Source: the human T2T-CHM13v2.0 reference genome, Homo sapiens. Taken from it: a stretch of 64,000 nt of DNA. A program made the position numbers and the translations under genes. How positions within the stretch are numbered: position 1 is the first letter of the stretch; every line of letters starts with the position of its first letter. The DNA lies in the NCBI RefSeq assembly GCF_009914755.1, contig NC_060925.1; one strand, 5' to 3'. Under the pieces are notes generated by a model. That model saw only the letters and a list, made by a program, of their open reading frames with translations. It had not been told where the DNA came from and did no database searches. Positions 27,514 through 39,712 of this stretch are shown here, piece after piece.

Positions 27514-27902
27514 TATTCTTTGAAAGCTGAATTTTTAATAGTGTCATATTATTCCATCATGTGAATGTTTTATTTCTTTATCCTGGATGACTTGGGAGAA
27601 ATATTCAGTGTTTATTTCCTTTTACGCCAAAATCCATATTCAGTAGGTTCAATTTGAGCCATTGGACTTAAACAAGAATGATTCAGAGGAATGAATCCCA
27701 ATCCAGTTGTCAAGAAACCTAGCGTGGTCTCAATCCTGCCTCCAGCTGGGTGGACCTCAGTTCCCTCATCTATAAGATCTAGGACAGAAATAAATACAAG
27801 GAAATACTGGGTTCCAGGGAATAGAGGATTAGAAATAGAAAACATAGTAGTGGCAGTAATGAATAAGACTGATTTCCCTAAAAGTAGGAGGCCAGGCACT
27901 GA

Positions 27903-29180
27903 TTATTTTTATTTTTATTTTTTAGCTTTTAAGTTCAGGGGTACATGCACAGGTTTGTTACCTAGGTAAACTTGTGTCATGGGGGTTTGTTGTACAGATT
28001 ATTTCATCACCTGGGTATTAAGCCTAGGACTCATTAGTTATTTTTCCCGATGCTCTCCTTCCTCCCACCCTCCACCTTCCTATATGCCCTAGTGTGTTGT
28101 TCCCCTCTATGTGTTTATGTGTTCACATCATTTAGCTCCCACTTACAAGTGAGGACATGTTATATTTGGTTTTCTATTCCTGAGTTAGTTGGCTAAGGAT
28201 AATGGCCTCCAGCTCCATCCATGTACTTGCAAAGGACATGATCTCATTCTTTTTTAGGGCTGCATAGTATTCCATGGTGTATACATACCACATTTTCTTT
28301 ATCTAGTCTATCATTGATGGGTATTTGTGTTGATTCCATGTCTTTGCTATTGTGGATAGTGTTGCAATGAATATATGCATGCCTGTGTCTTTATAATAGA
28401 ATGATTTCTATTCCTTTGGGTACATACCCAGTAGTGGGATTGCTGGATTGAATGGTATTTCCATTTTTAGGTCTTTGAGGAGTCACCACACTGTGATTCA
28501 CAATGGTTGAACTAATTTACACTCCCACCAATGGTACATTGTGGAGAAAAAGGAATGCTTTCTCCACAACCTCACAATGGTACATTGTGGAGAAAAAGCA
28601 TTCCTTTTTCTCCACAACCTCACCAGCATCAGTTATTTTTTGACTTTTTAGTAATAGCCATTCTGACTGGTGTGAGATGGTATCTCACTGTGGTTTTGAC
28701 TTGCATTTTTCTAATGATCAGTGATGTTGAACTTTTTTTCACACATTTATTGGCCACATGATAGACTGGATAAAAAAAATTTGGTACGTATACACCATGG
28801 AACACTGTGCAGCCATAACAAGGAATGAGATCATGTCCTTTGCAGGGACATGGATGGTGCTGGAAGCCGTTATCCTTTTTTTCATAATGGTTGCTGGCTG
28901 CATGTATGTCTTTTGAGAAGTGTCTGTTCATGGCCTTTGTCCACTTTTTAATGGGGTTGTTGTTTTTTTCTTGTAAATTTAAGTTTCTTATAGATGCTGG
29001 ATATTAGACCTTTGCTGGGTGCATAGTTTGTGAAAATTTTCTCCCATTCTGTAGGTAGTCTGTTTACTCTGTCGTAGTTTCTTTTGCTGCAGAGAAGCTC
29101 TTTAGTTTAATTAGACCCCATTTGTCAATTTTTGCTTTGTTGCAATTGCTTTTGGTGCCTTTGTCATGAAACCTTTGCCT
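27903..29180 (-). mobile_element. L1PA (L1PA13-like) 5'-truncated, internally rearranged
   Basis: ttttaagttcaggggtacatg...ggggtttgttgtacagattatttcatcacc; degenerate TSD caggcactga / caggtgctgt (CpG decayed in opposite directions). Confidence 0.92.
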
Positions 29181-31129
29181 ACAGGTGCTGTTTATTTACA
29201 CCCCTGTCCCAACCTCACCCCACTCCCTTTCTTTTGCTGGTGGGAAGTCAGTAAGAACTGTGGGTGGGGTTCTGAGGTAATCAATACAAAGAAGAAGGTA
29301 AGAAATTGGAGGGGACTCAGGGGAGATGGCAATGCTGACAAGGGGTTGGATGGAATTTGTTCTGTAAACTGGAAGCATTCTGCTTGGCCTCAACACTTGC
29401 CAAGGCGTTGATGACACACAATTTGGATGATTTAATCACCAGGAAACTATCTAGGTTTCTTGTTCTGAAGTATGAGAGGACAGCCTATTAAAGGAAGACC
29501 GAGGCTGGATATTGCCATGAAAATAGTAAGTTTTCACGTTTGGCTTCCGAGGGGAGAGCTGGTGCCCTACTCACTGCAGGGAAATTTAAACTGGGTGAAA
29601 CTGAACTGGTTTCCAATTGCTTGTGTTCTCCATTTCCAGCCAAGTTCCAGGTTTTCCTAGAGTACAGCCAGGAGCATCTGCACCTAGAGAACACAGAATA
29701 AAATTGTGGAAACCAAACTTGTAAATGTTTTTCTCATTAGCTTCAGGCTCCCAGCCACCAATAAACTGTAGGCTTTAAAAAATCCTGTATTATTTTGCAA
29801 GTTAAGAGAATGTGCATATTCCCCTTATTTATATGTTCAGGATTTTCTTAAAATGTTACACATCAAGCATTTATCTGCTAAGCCACCCCAAAAGGTAACA
29901 GCATTCTAGTTTTTGTACAAAAGAGAAAAAAAATTCCACTTAATAAACTTGCAGTAACTTGAGCCTGTTGGTGGTCTTGGAGGAAACCCAAATCCAGGTT
30001 TGGTTGATACTGTGTAATGTGAATGCAATTAGTAGCGGTTTTTCTAAAGTAGAAAGAGATGTAGAAAAATAATGCATAGCAAATTTAGGTCAGAGCTGGG
30101 AAGCTTATAAATCCTTATTTTTGTTTTCATTACTTTAAGTAATAGGGCTTTTGTCTTTATTATGTAATTTCCCTAGCAATAATATGTTTTAAAACATTTT
30201 TCTGTTAATTTCATACATTTGATCAGAAAGCCACAGTTCATAAACCCCTGTGATGTGGCAGCTGTCACTGTTTATATATAGAGGATGACTTCTTGTTCAT
30301 CCCTGGGAGGCCAACACAAAAATTACTGATGGGGGCAACTTTCACTACCTGTTTTTTCATTTAGTAGAAGGTTTGCAAAGCAGTTTTCAGTTGATCAACA
30401 TCCTCCTGATAGGCTAAGGAGTGAACTGACCTTTACATGCATGGTTTATTTCAGAGCATGTTATTTGATTCCAGCATATTTAAACCTAAGCAACTAGATT
30501 GTAAGGTCTGTAAAAACAGAATTTGTCTTTCTGGTTTTTTACTCTATTCCCCTGGCACATAGTAGGTGTTCAGGAAATATTAGCTACTATTCTCCTCTCC
30601 AAGATGCAGCTGTTCCTCTCCAGCTGTCCTGTCCTTGCTGCTCCTCCTTGAACTTGCCAGGCTACTCCTGCTTCAGCACTTTGGAGACCACAGACCAGCA
30701 GGGATCACTCCCTCTCCTCTTCTGGGTCTTTGTTCAGATTATACCATCTCAGTGAGGCCCTAACTATCTCCTTCCTTTCTTTCTTTATTTTTCCATCATA
30801 TCATCGCCATCTGATAAACTGATATATTGATGTACTGATATATTGACTTATTTATTTGGGAATGTGAGCTCCACCAGGACAGGTGTTTCTGTCTGATTTG
30901 GTTATTGCTGTATACCTAGTGCCTAGAACATAGTTGCTATAATTTACTTGGATGTTCCGCCACGTACTGGCTGTGTGGTAATAGCTAATGCATTTGCTCC
31001 CTTGGATCCTTTGTTTGATTCCCCATTTGTTTCATATGGCATATGTGGGTCAGATGAGATGTTGCACATGAAAGCTCTTTTATGCTATGTGTTATGCAAA
31101 TGTATTCACTTATTTATTCATTTAATCAA

Positions 31130-31665
31130 CCAGATGCAGTTCCTGCCTTCACAGAGCTTAATAATTGGACAAATAAGTAATTTCACCAAAGTGGGAATGC
31201 GGGTGATAGGGATAGTGTGATAGGGAATGTGCAGCGTGCTATGGGAGCACCGTCACGAGGGATTCCTAATTCAGATGTGGGGACAGGACCCTGGAAGGCT
31301 TCCAGGAGGAAGGAACATAGAAGCTGAGATCTGGGGATGGAATGGGCATTCAACAGGCGAAGGGAGTGTGATGTAATTGATGGCATGGAGAGTATTGCAG
31401 GTAGGAGGAATAATGTACAGAGTCTGGAAGTGCAGAACCATAGAGTACTGGTGGAACTGAAAGTAATTCAATCTTTCTGGAATATCCAGTGTGGGGACAG
31501 ATAAGTGGATAGGGATGTGGCTCGTGATATAGTCTGGGGACAGATCAAGGAGCGCTTTGCAGGCCATGCTGGGGAGCTTGGACTTGATCCTAAGGACAGT
31601 GTGGAGCCATGGAAGTCTTCCAAGAAAGGAGTGACTTGGTCTGACTTTCATTTTCAACAGTCATT
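31130..31665 (-). mobile_element. L2 fragment
   Basis: ggaaggcttccaggaggaagg...ggagcttggacttgatcctaagg...gagccatggaag. Confidence 0.8.
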
Positions 31666-32140
31666 TTATGGAGTAAGACAGCTTATTTCCTCGCCAAGGA
31701 ACTTGAACACAAGCTCCCAGGAAGGGAGGTTGTGAAAACAGTGAAAGGGCCTTCCAGAAAGTAAATCCTTAAGCTCCATGAAATTAGCTTAAATTCTGTT
31801 TGAATCTGACTGGTGAATATCATAGCAATGAGGCCAAAAAAAAAAACCTTCATAAAAACTTAATTATCTTTGAGGCCGTAGCTCATACTTGAGGGAAGGG
31901 ACATGGGTAACGCTAGAGACATATATGTTTGCATTAACTTTTACGCCACTGTGGGGCAGACAATTAAAGCAGGAGTGGAGGAGTCAGAGCAGTTTTGAAT
32001 CTGCTTTTAAGTCCCAGAGAGTGTCACAGTACCTCCTACCCAGCACTGGTTGCCAAAGTAAAAGAAAGTGGTAACAATAGGGCATAAGGTGGTGGAGAAG
32101 AGGCTGGGTAGACCTTGGCCATATTCTTGCTTTGCACCTT

Positions 32141-34357
32141 ACACTGCTATAAAGAACTACCCGAGACTGGGTAATTTATAAACACAAAAGAGGTTTAATT
32201 GACTCAGACTTCTGCATGGCTGGGGGGTCTCAGGAAACTTAAAATCATGGCAGAAGGTGAAGGGGAAGCGAGGCATGTCTTACATGGCAGAGGAGGAGAG
32301 AGAGAGTGCTAAGAGAGAAGTGCCACTTTTAAACCATCAGATCTTGTTGGTTTAAAACAACCACTATCGTGAGAACAGCATGGGGGAAAGCACCCCCATG
32401 ATCCAATCACCTCCCACCAGGTCCCTCCCTTGACATGTGGGGATTACAATTTGGGATGAGATTTGGGTGGGGACACAGAACCAAACCATATCATTTTACT
32501 CCTGGCCCCTTTCAAAGCTCATGTCTTTTTCACATTTAAAAGCTAATCGTGCCTTCCCAACAGTCCCCCAAAGTCTTAACTCATTCCAGCATTAACCCAA
32601 AAGTCCAAGTCCAAAGTCTCATCTGAGACAAGGCAAGTTCTTTCCACCTATGAGCCTGTAAAATCACAAGCAAGTTAATTACTTCCAAGATACAATGGGG
32701 ATACAGGAATTTGGTAAATGTTCCCATTCCGAATAGGAGAAATTGGTCAAAACAAAGGGGCTGCAGGCCCTGCACCAAGTCCAAAACGCAGCAGGGCAGC
32801 CATTAAATCTTAAAGCTCCAAAATAATCTCCTTTGACTCTATGTCTCACATCCAGGGCATGCTGATGCAAGAGGTGGGCTCCCAAGGCCTTGGGAAGCTC
32901 TGCCCCTATGGCTCTGCAGGATACAGCACCCCTGACACACAGCTGCTTTCATGGGCTGGCATTGAGTGCCTGCACCTTTTCCAGGTGCACAGTGCAAGCT
33001 ACCAGTGGATCTACCATTCTGGGATCTAGAGGCTGGTGGCCCTCTTCTCTCAGCTCTACTAGGCAGTTTCCCAGTGGGGACTCTGTGTGGGGGCTCCAAC
33101 TCCATTTTCCCCCTCTGCCTGCCCTAGTAGAGGTTCTCCATGAGGACTCCACTCCTGCAGCAGACGTCTTCCTGGACATCCAGACATTTCCATAGATCCT
33201 CTGAAATCTAGGCAAAGGCTTCTGAAGCTCAACTTTTGTCTTATGTGCACTCGCAGGCCCAACACCAGGTGGAAGCTGCCAAGGCTTGGGGCTCCCACCC
33301 TCTGAAGCAATGCCTGAGCTGTACTTTGGCCCCTTTTAGCCATGGCTGGAACTGGAGTGGCTGAGACTCAAGGTGCCATGTCCTGAGGCTGCACAGAACA
33401 GGGAGTGCAGGAGGGACCCCTGGCCCACAAAACCAGTTTTCCCTTCTAGGCCTCTGGGCCTGTGATGGGAGGGGCTGCCATGAAGATCTCTGAATTGCCC
33501 TGGAGACATTTTCCCCATTGTCTTGGCTATCAACATTCAGCTTCTCTTTATTTATGCAAATTTCTGCAGCTGGTAGCTTGAATTTCTCCCCAGAAAATAG
33601 ATTTTTCTTTTCTACAACATGGTCAGGCTACAGGTGTTCTAAACTTTTCTACTCTGCTTCCCTTTTAAACATAAATCCCAATTTCAGACCATCTGTCTGT
33701 GAATGTCTATGACTGTATGCTTTCAGAAAAAGCCAGGTCACATCTTGAATGCTTTGCTGCTTGGAAATTTCTTCTGCCAGATATCCAAACCATCTCTCTC
33801 AAGTTTAAGGTTACACAGATCTCTAGAGCAGGGGCAAAATGCCACCGGTCTCTTTGCTAAAGCATAGGAAGAGTGACCTTTGCTCCAGTTCATAATAAGT
33901 TCCTCATTTCCACCTGAGACCACCTCAGACTGGACCTCATTGTCCATATCACAATGAGCATTTTGGTAAAAATCATTAAACAAGTCTCTAGGAAGTTCCA
34001 AACTTTCCCACATCTTCCTGTCTTCTTCTGAGCCCTTCAAATTTTTTTATTCTCTGCCCGTTACCCAGTTCCTAAATCACTTCCACATTTTCAGATATCT
34101 CTATAGCAATGCCCCACTTCTATCAGGACCAATTTTCTGTGTTAGTCTGTTTTCACACTGTTATAAAGAACTGCCTGAGACTGGGTAATGTATAAGCAAA
34201 AGAGGTTTAATTGACTCACAGTTCTGCATGGGTGGGGAGGCCTCAGGAAACTTACAATTATGGTGGAAGGTGAAGGAGAAGCAGTCTCCTCCCTTGACAT
34301 GTGGGGATTACAATTCGAGATGAGATTTGGGTGGGGACACAGAGCCAAACCGTATCA
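32141..34357 (-). mobile_element. THE1D-like MaLR provirus: LTR 32141-32493, internal 32494-34137, LTR 34138-34357
   Basis: Two LTRs each ending ggggacacag..ccaaacc.tatca on the + strand around a ~1.64 kb THE1/MST-type internal region; inserted in a MIR. Confidence 0.93.
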
Positions 34358-34474
34358 ACCAGTGATGTGGCTTTGGGAATCACTTAACTTCCCTGAACCT
34401 CTGTTTCCTTTTCTGGAACATGGAATTAGTACTACTGATTTTTCAGTGTTGCTAGGATTCAATGAGATAAAGCA

Positions 34475-34962
34475 CAGTCAGTGCTGCTATAACAGTTGTT
34501 TTGAAAACACACACATTTTTTCAAAGCTGATTGATGTATTCAGAAAAATTTGAGAATAATGCAAATTTTATGTTTACTTACATAGTCAGTTTTATCCACG
34601 AAAAGTACTAGGTGGACTCAGAAGACGGCACTCAGCTAAAGTGAGATGCATGGCAATATACAAACACACACACCTGAAACATCTACCAGCTCCTCAGTTC
34701 ACCAGGTGTGTTGAGTTACACTCGAGTTACACTCATCCACATCTGCCATTACAACTTTCTGTCCATTTTCTGATAACCAGCCCCCCACCCACCACTTCAC
34801 AATAACCCATAAGCTGTAACCCTTACAATGCCCATTTCCACAAGAAAGTAGTAGTGTGTTCCAATCTTGTTTTCCCATAAACTCTGCTGTTTTTACTGCA
34901 CAATTTTGCATAGTGTGGTGATTTCTCAGAACTCATATGTTGTGTTATAGCAGAACTGACTC
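34475..34962. mobile_element. Tigger13a-like TcMar element with internal deletion
   Basis: TIRs cagtcagtgctgctataac / gttatagcagaactgactc; splits the same MIR as the THE1D. Confidence 0.75.
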
Positions 34963-36944
34963 TGTCTAACACAATTCCTGGCAGACAGCAGACACTCAGT
35001 AACAGGTAGCTGTTTTATTATTAATATTAATCCACTTAAGTACAATTGTGGGTTGGGGCAGGGATCCCTAGTTACAATGTTTAGCTGCTTTGATTAGTAG
35101 TGTTAAGTGAAATGGACTGCCTGAGTGGAAGGGTTTTGGTGCTTTTATCTTTTCTAAGTGTGTGCTGGTCAGACCACCCTTGGGGTATTAACAGTGACAA
35201 ACCAGGTATGTCCAGAAAAGAGCAAGCCAGAAAAGGAGAAGACATGAGAATGATCTTTAAATAGTTAGAGGGCCATCTTGGAAGAAGGATTGCTTTGTTT
35301 TGTGGGTCTTCAGGGTGACAAGGGGAAGCTCCCAGGGCCCAGGGTTCTGGCTAGCTCGGGGACGAGCCTCAGAATAGTCCCTGGGGGTGATGTGTTCTCC
35401 AAGCTCTGATTGGCTGCTCTGGGAGGGGAGAGGACAGAGAAGAGTCAAGCACGGGTTTGGAGGTTCTATCTATAAAGTTCCTTTTCATTTTTTTTTTTCC
35501 TTCAAGGTAGTGTGCAAAGACAGATTCTGCTGATCAGAGTAAATTTCAGACAGAAACAACCCAAACTTTTCCAGCAGTATTTGGACTTCTGCTTGCCTGC
35601 TTGCGTTTTTTTTTCTTTTGGGTGATCTAAGAGAATAGTTAGCACATGTGCATATTTACGCACTGGTTTTTTTTCTAGTTATGCCCTTGAATGTTGCAAA
35701 TATAAAGACTATGCTTTACAAATATTTATGGCTTCTGGCATGCTTAGGAATAGTGAAATTACATCAATGCTTTCCGTCTCGAGGGCTTTTTTTTGACTTT
35801 TCTTCTTCTTCTTTTTTTTTTTTTTTGTTTGTTTGTTTCCAACTCAGGGAAAAAGCTCAGTTAGTTACTGACCTGGCATTGCTTTCTCTCTAACATCCTG
35901 TGTAGCTTTTGTCCTCTCCATCTAAGCAGGCTGTTAAGCTCTTGTAGTAAGAAAGATGTTACCCTGGGCTTAGACCCTCTCGGTGGAGCTGAGATGGAGA
36001 AGCCTCCGGAAGCATGGGGCATTTGAGCTGAGGGATGGCAGGATCTGCTTCAGATATTTAAAGTGGGTTACTCTGAGCCTGCAAACTAGAGAGTCTAGTG
36101 TGGTGTCTCTAGAAGAATTACTTTTGTACCCTTAGATGAATTAAAAAGTAATTATACTGAGTGTTTTATCTTGCCTGTATACGGATGTATAAGATTCCAG
36201 GTTTCTAGTTGATGTTACTGTTAAAAACAGAAGATGTTCAAACATATTTGATTTTATTAAATTAGTTTTCCCTGTAGTCATAGGAGGGGTACTGCTGTTT
36301 ACATGCTGAATCTTAGCAAAACTATAAAATAGCATTTTTAAAAAATGGCAGCTCTTCTGTTCTGATGCTTTGACAATTAATGTTATCTCTTTTTGTTTCT
36401 ATGATGAGCACATGGGACTTAGGCTTACTCTTAAAATGGATTTTTCCAAAACCAAGAGTTATTACATTTCTTCCTCTGAGACAAAGTATTCAGGCCTCCT
36501 CCTCTTCTAGCACTCAGTCTGGAAAATGTGGTTAGTCTTTCCATGTGGGAGCTCTTGTGCTTTGTGCATTGGTTCCAAGATGGCAAGTGGACTACTGTTC
36601 CAAGATCTGGGCCCAAGGCATGTCGTTGGGCTCGCCTGAACTTGTATATAATGACCAGAAGGAATTGGTCTGCACTGCCATTACCGCCAGCCACTACCTG
36701 ATCAATTCTGCTTGGGAAATGGCTCTAATCAACATTCTTCTAGACCTGCTGTTCATGGCTGCAGGTGGCAGGCTCATGGATCAATAATTGGCTGGGGCGG
36801 TTGGCCCCACTGGTCAACCTCACTCCTTGAGCCCTATTTACCTGTTGCTGCCTCCTCCATCCTCCCCTAAAGTCACACAGCTTCAAATAAGGTGGTCCCA
36901 TCTATTTTGGTGCTTTCCCTTCTTTCTTAACCTCCCATAATGGA

Positions 36945-37135
36945 AAAAGCACAGGTTCCAGAAGCCTGGTTTTAAATCTCAGCTCTGTTATTTATCAGCT
37001 TTGTGATTTTGGGCAAGTGACTTAATCTCTCTGAGCCCTTGCTCACTCATTTTAAAATGATGTCACTCATCCCTTTCAGAGCTGTTAAGAAAACATCATG
37101 CAAACCATCTGGTACAGTGCCAGACACAGAGAAAG
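36945..37135 (+). mobile_element. MIR
   Basis: aaatctcagctctg...ttgggcaagtgacttaatctctctgagcc. Confidence 0.8.
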
Positions 37136-39419
37136 CCTTCTGGAACTGGAATCCACACACACCTTACCAATTACTTTTTGAGTAGGTCAATTGCCAGCAT
37201 GTCTCCAGAGCAAAAAGATTAGATGATCCTCCTTTCTTTTTGTGCCAGGTTCTGCCCAGGCCCAGGGGCTGCAGAGATGAGTAAGAGGAAGTCCCTACCT
37301 ATAAAGGCACTCCCAGTTTTGCTAAAATCCATTTTTCCAACAAACGTATTTTGATACCTACTGTGTGCAAAATTTATGTGCCTTTGGGGAGGATACTGAG
37401 ATGATTCAGTCACTCATTTATTCATCGGTCATCAGTCGTGTGCCAGATACTGTTAGAAGCACTATGGGTAGAAACAACAGGCAAGACATTGTCCTTCCTT
37501 TTGAGAAGCTCATAGTGCAGTAAAATATACTAAAGTATGGGAGAAGTAGATAGAAAGAGAATATGATCTCATTGTTAAAAGGCACTTGTGTTGTTGGACA
37601 ATATAGGGTGCACACAGTAATGTGGATTTCATTTTTGCAAGTATTCAGATCTTGATAGAGCTTCATTGAGACAACCGTCTCCTTTTAGAGGAAATGGAGC
37701 TTGGGAGTGGTTAATACGTCACACATTTAGGTTAAAGTAAAGCTGACACTAGCCCCACAGAAACTTTAATTTGTGTAGTGACTAAAGTGAAAACACTCTC
37801 TTTCTTCTTGATTCTATTGTCTCCCAGCAGAGATTTTATAATTTGAAAACATTGTTCCTTAGGTAGCCCCAAGAGGTAGATTTTCAGATTTGCTGCTTGC
37901 TTTTTGTAAACTATTGCATTCCTTCCTCCCAATAGCCCCACTGGGGTCAGGACCATTTTGAACTTAAAGAACTTGCTCAAAGTTACACAACTTGACATAC
38001 AAAGTCAGGATTTGAATCCAGGTTTGCCTGATTCCAGAGTCCAAGCCCTAAGCCTCAACACCATAGTCCGTCCATGATTCACACTCATTGTAGTGTCTGA
38101 TGGCTTTTGAGACTTTGTAGAAAAAAGCACATCTTAAATCATTTTTAGGACCTGTTTATCTGAACCAGTGGAAAAACTAAATTTACGAACCATAAATAGT
38201 GTCTATAGATGTGGAATGCCAAGTGAGTTAGGATATATTAATAAATAGGAACAAAAAGTTATGACCAAAAGTTGTGTTTTCCTATACCCAGTTTCTTAAG
38301 ATTTCATAATTAGCAGGGGGGAATTCTGAGTTGATGAGTATAAAAAGGCCTCTGCAGGTAGCCCAAGAGACGATACTAAAGTCCAGAGGTTATAAACAGA
38401 AAGAGGAACAGACACTGTAGATTTTTCTCTACTCCATGACTTCTTCTTGCAGAAATTCTGCACTTGGCACTAATCAGACCTAAAATTAATTTCTTAAAAT
38501 CACCAATGCCTTATTTAAAGAGGTTAACATTCTGCATGTAGCTGCTCCACTGCCAAACAAAAACACCCCTGGTTCTTTTGTGACCACTAATGCAATTGAC
38601 TTTCCATCTTTTTAAGAATGCCCCCTCCTATCCCTCCATCTTTGTCTCCCAATTAATTTATGTTTATTTTGTAAAAAGCTTGTGGGCCTGTTGAGTTGAT
38701 ATTGCTAAAGGCTGACAACCACATAGAGGTACCTCTTATAGCGATGAAGTGTGTGTGCGTGTTTGAATTATCTGTTAACCAGCATCAAGACATCGGTTCC
38801 CTGTCTTGGATGAATGGCAGGGGAGGCTGAGCTTAACTTGGCCAAAGCAGCAGGGGGCTAATAGAATGTTTCTGTTCCCCATAAAGAAAGGTAGTCAAGC
38901 GTCTGTACTTTCCACTGAACTCCAGTTTCTATCCTGCTTTGAAAATTCTGCTTACCCTTTCAGTGAGAGCCACATGACAAGTGTTCAGTATGTCAGATTT
39001 GTTTTCATTTTATTACTACGTATGAATTTGACCTCCACAGTAGGGCTGCATTCATTTCCCAAAGCTCTTCCAATAATTGTATTCTTTTAAAAAATATGCA
39101 TACTATTATTCTTTTTCAGATTGTGTTATGGCTGGTGTTTTGAAAGTGGTTAAAGGATGACTGGTTGCATGTGGAGTAATGTGTACATGATGCACATTTC
39201 CAGATGGAAACAGCCCTCAAAGTTCCCTATGTAGTTTGTGTACCTATTCTACTCATTTCATTAGACTGAACTCAGTACTTTCTGGCCAGTAGAGCAGGTT
39301 TTTTTCTTTGACAAAATTAAATTTGGATAACCTTTTCTGAAAAGCAATTTCAGTGTGTCATATTGACATTTATATTGATAATTAATTGTTTGTGGCTGTC
39401 AAAAGAAAGTGTGTATCTT

Positions 39420-39649
39420 TGCTTGAGGCCAGGAGTTCCAGACCAGCTTGGCCAACATAGTGAGACGTTGTTTCTACAAACAATACAACAATTAGCTGGA
39501 CACGGTGGCGTGTTCCTGTAGTCCCAGCTACTTGGGAGGCTGGAGTAGGAGGATCAGTTGAGCCCAGGAGGTTGAGGCTGCAGTGAACCGTGATTGTGCC
39601 ACTGCACTTTAGCCTGGGTGACAGAAACGAGATTCCGTCTCTTAAAAAA
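39420..39649 (+). mobile_element. 5'-truncated AluJ
   Basis: Begins at tgcttgaggccaggagttc; ggaggttgaggctgcagtga; degenerate TSD aagtgtgtat / aagtatgtat. Confidence 0.9.
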
Positions 39650-39712
39650 TAAGTATGTATGTAATTGTGTATGAGCTAAGTTACTCTTCCTGTCACATTT
39701 GTATGGTAGCTA

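Noticed and set aside
32581-34348. Cluster of overlapping ORFs
   Set aside because: All lie in the decayed THE1 internal region and LTR; fragmented in several frames.
36560-36820. Possible conserved non-coding element or ancient repeat
   Set aside because: It looks unique and complex, but I cannot assign it without alignments.
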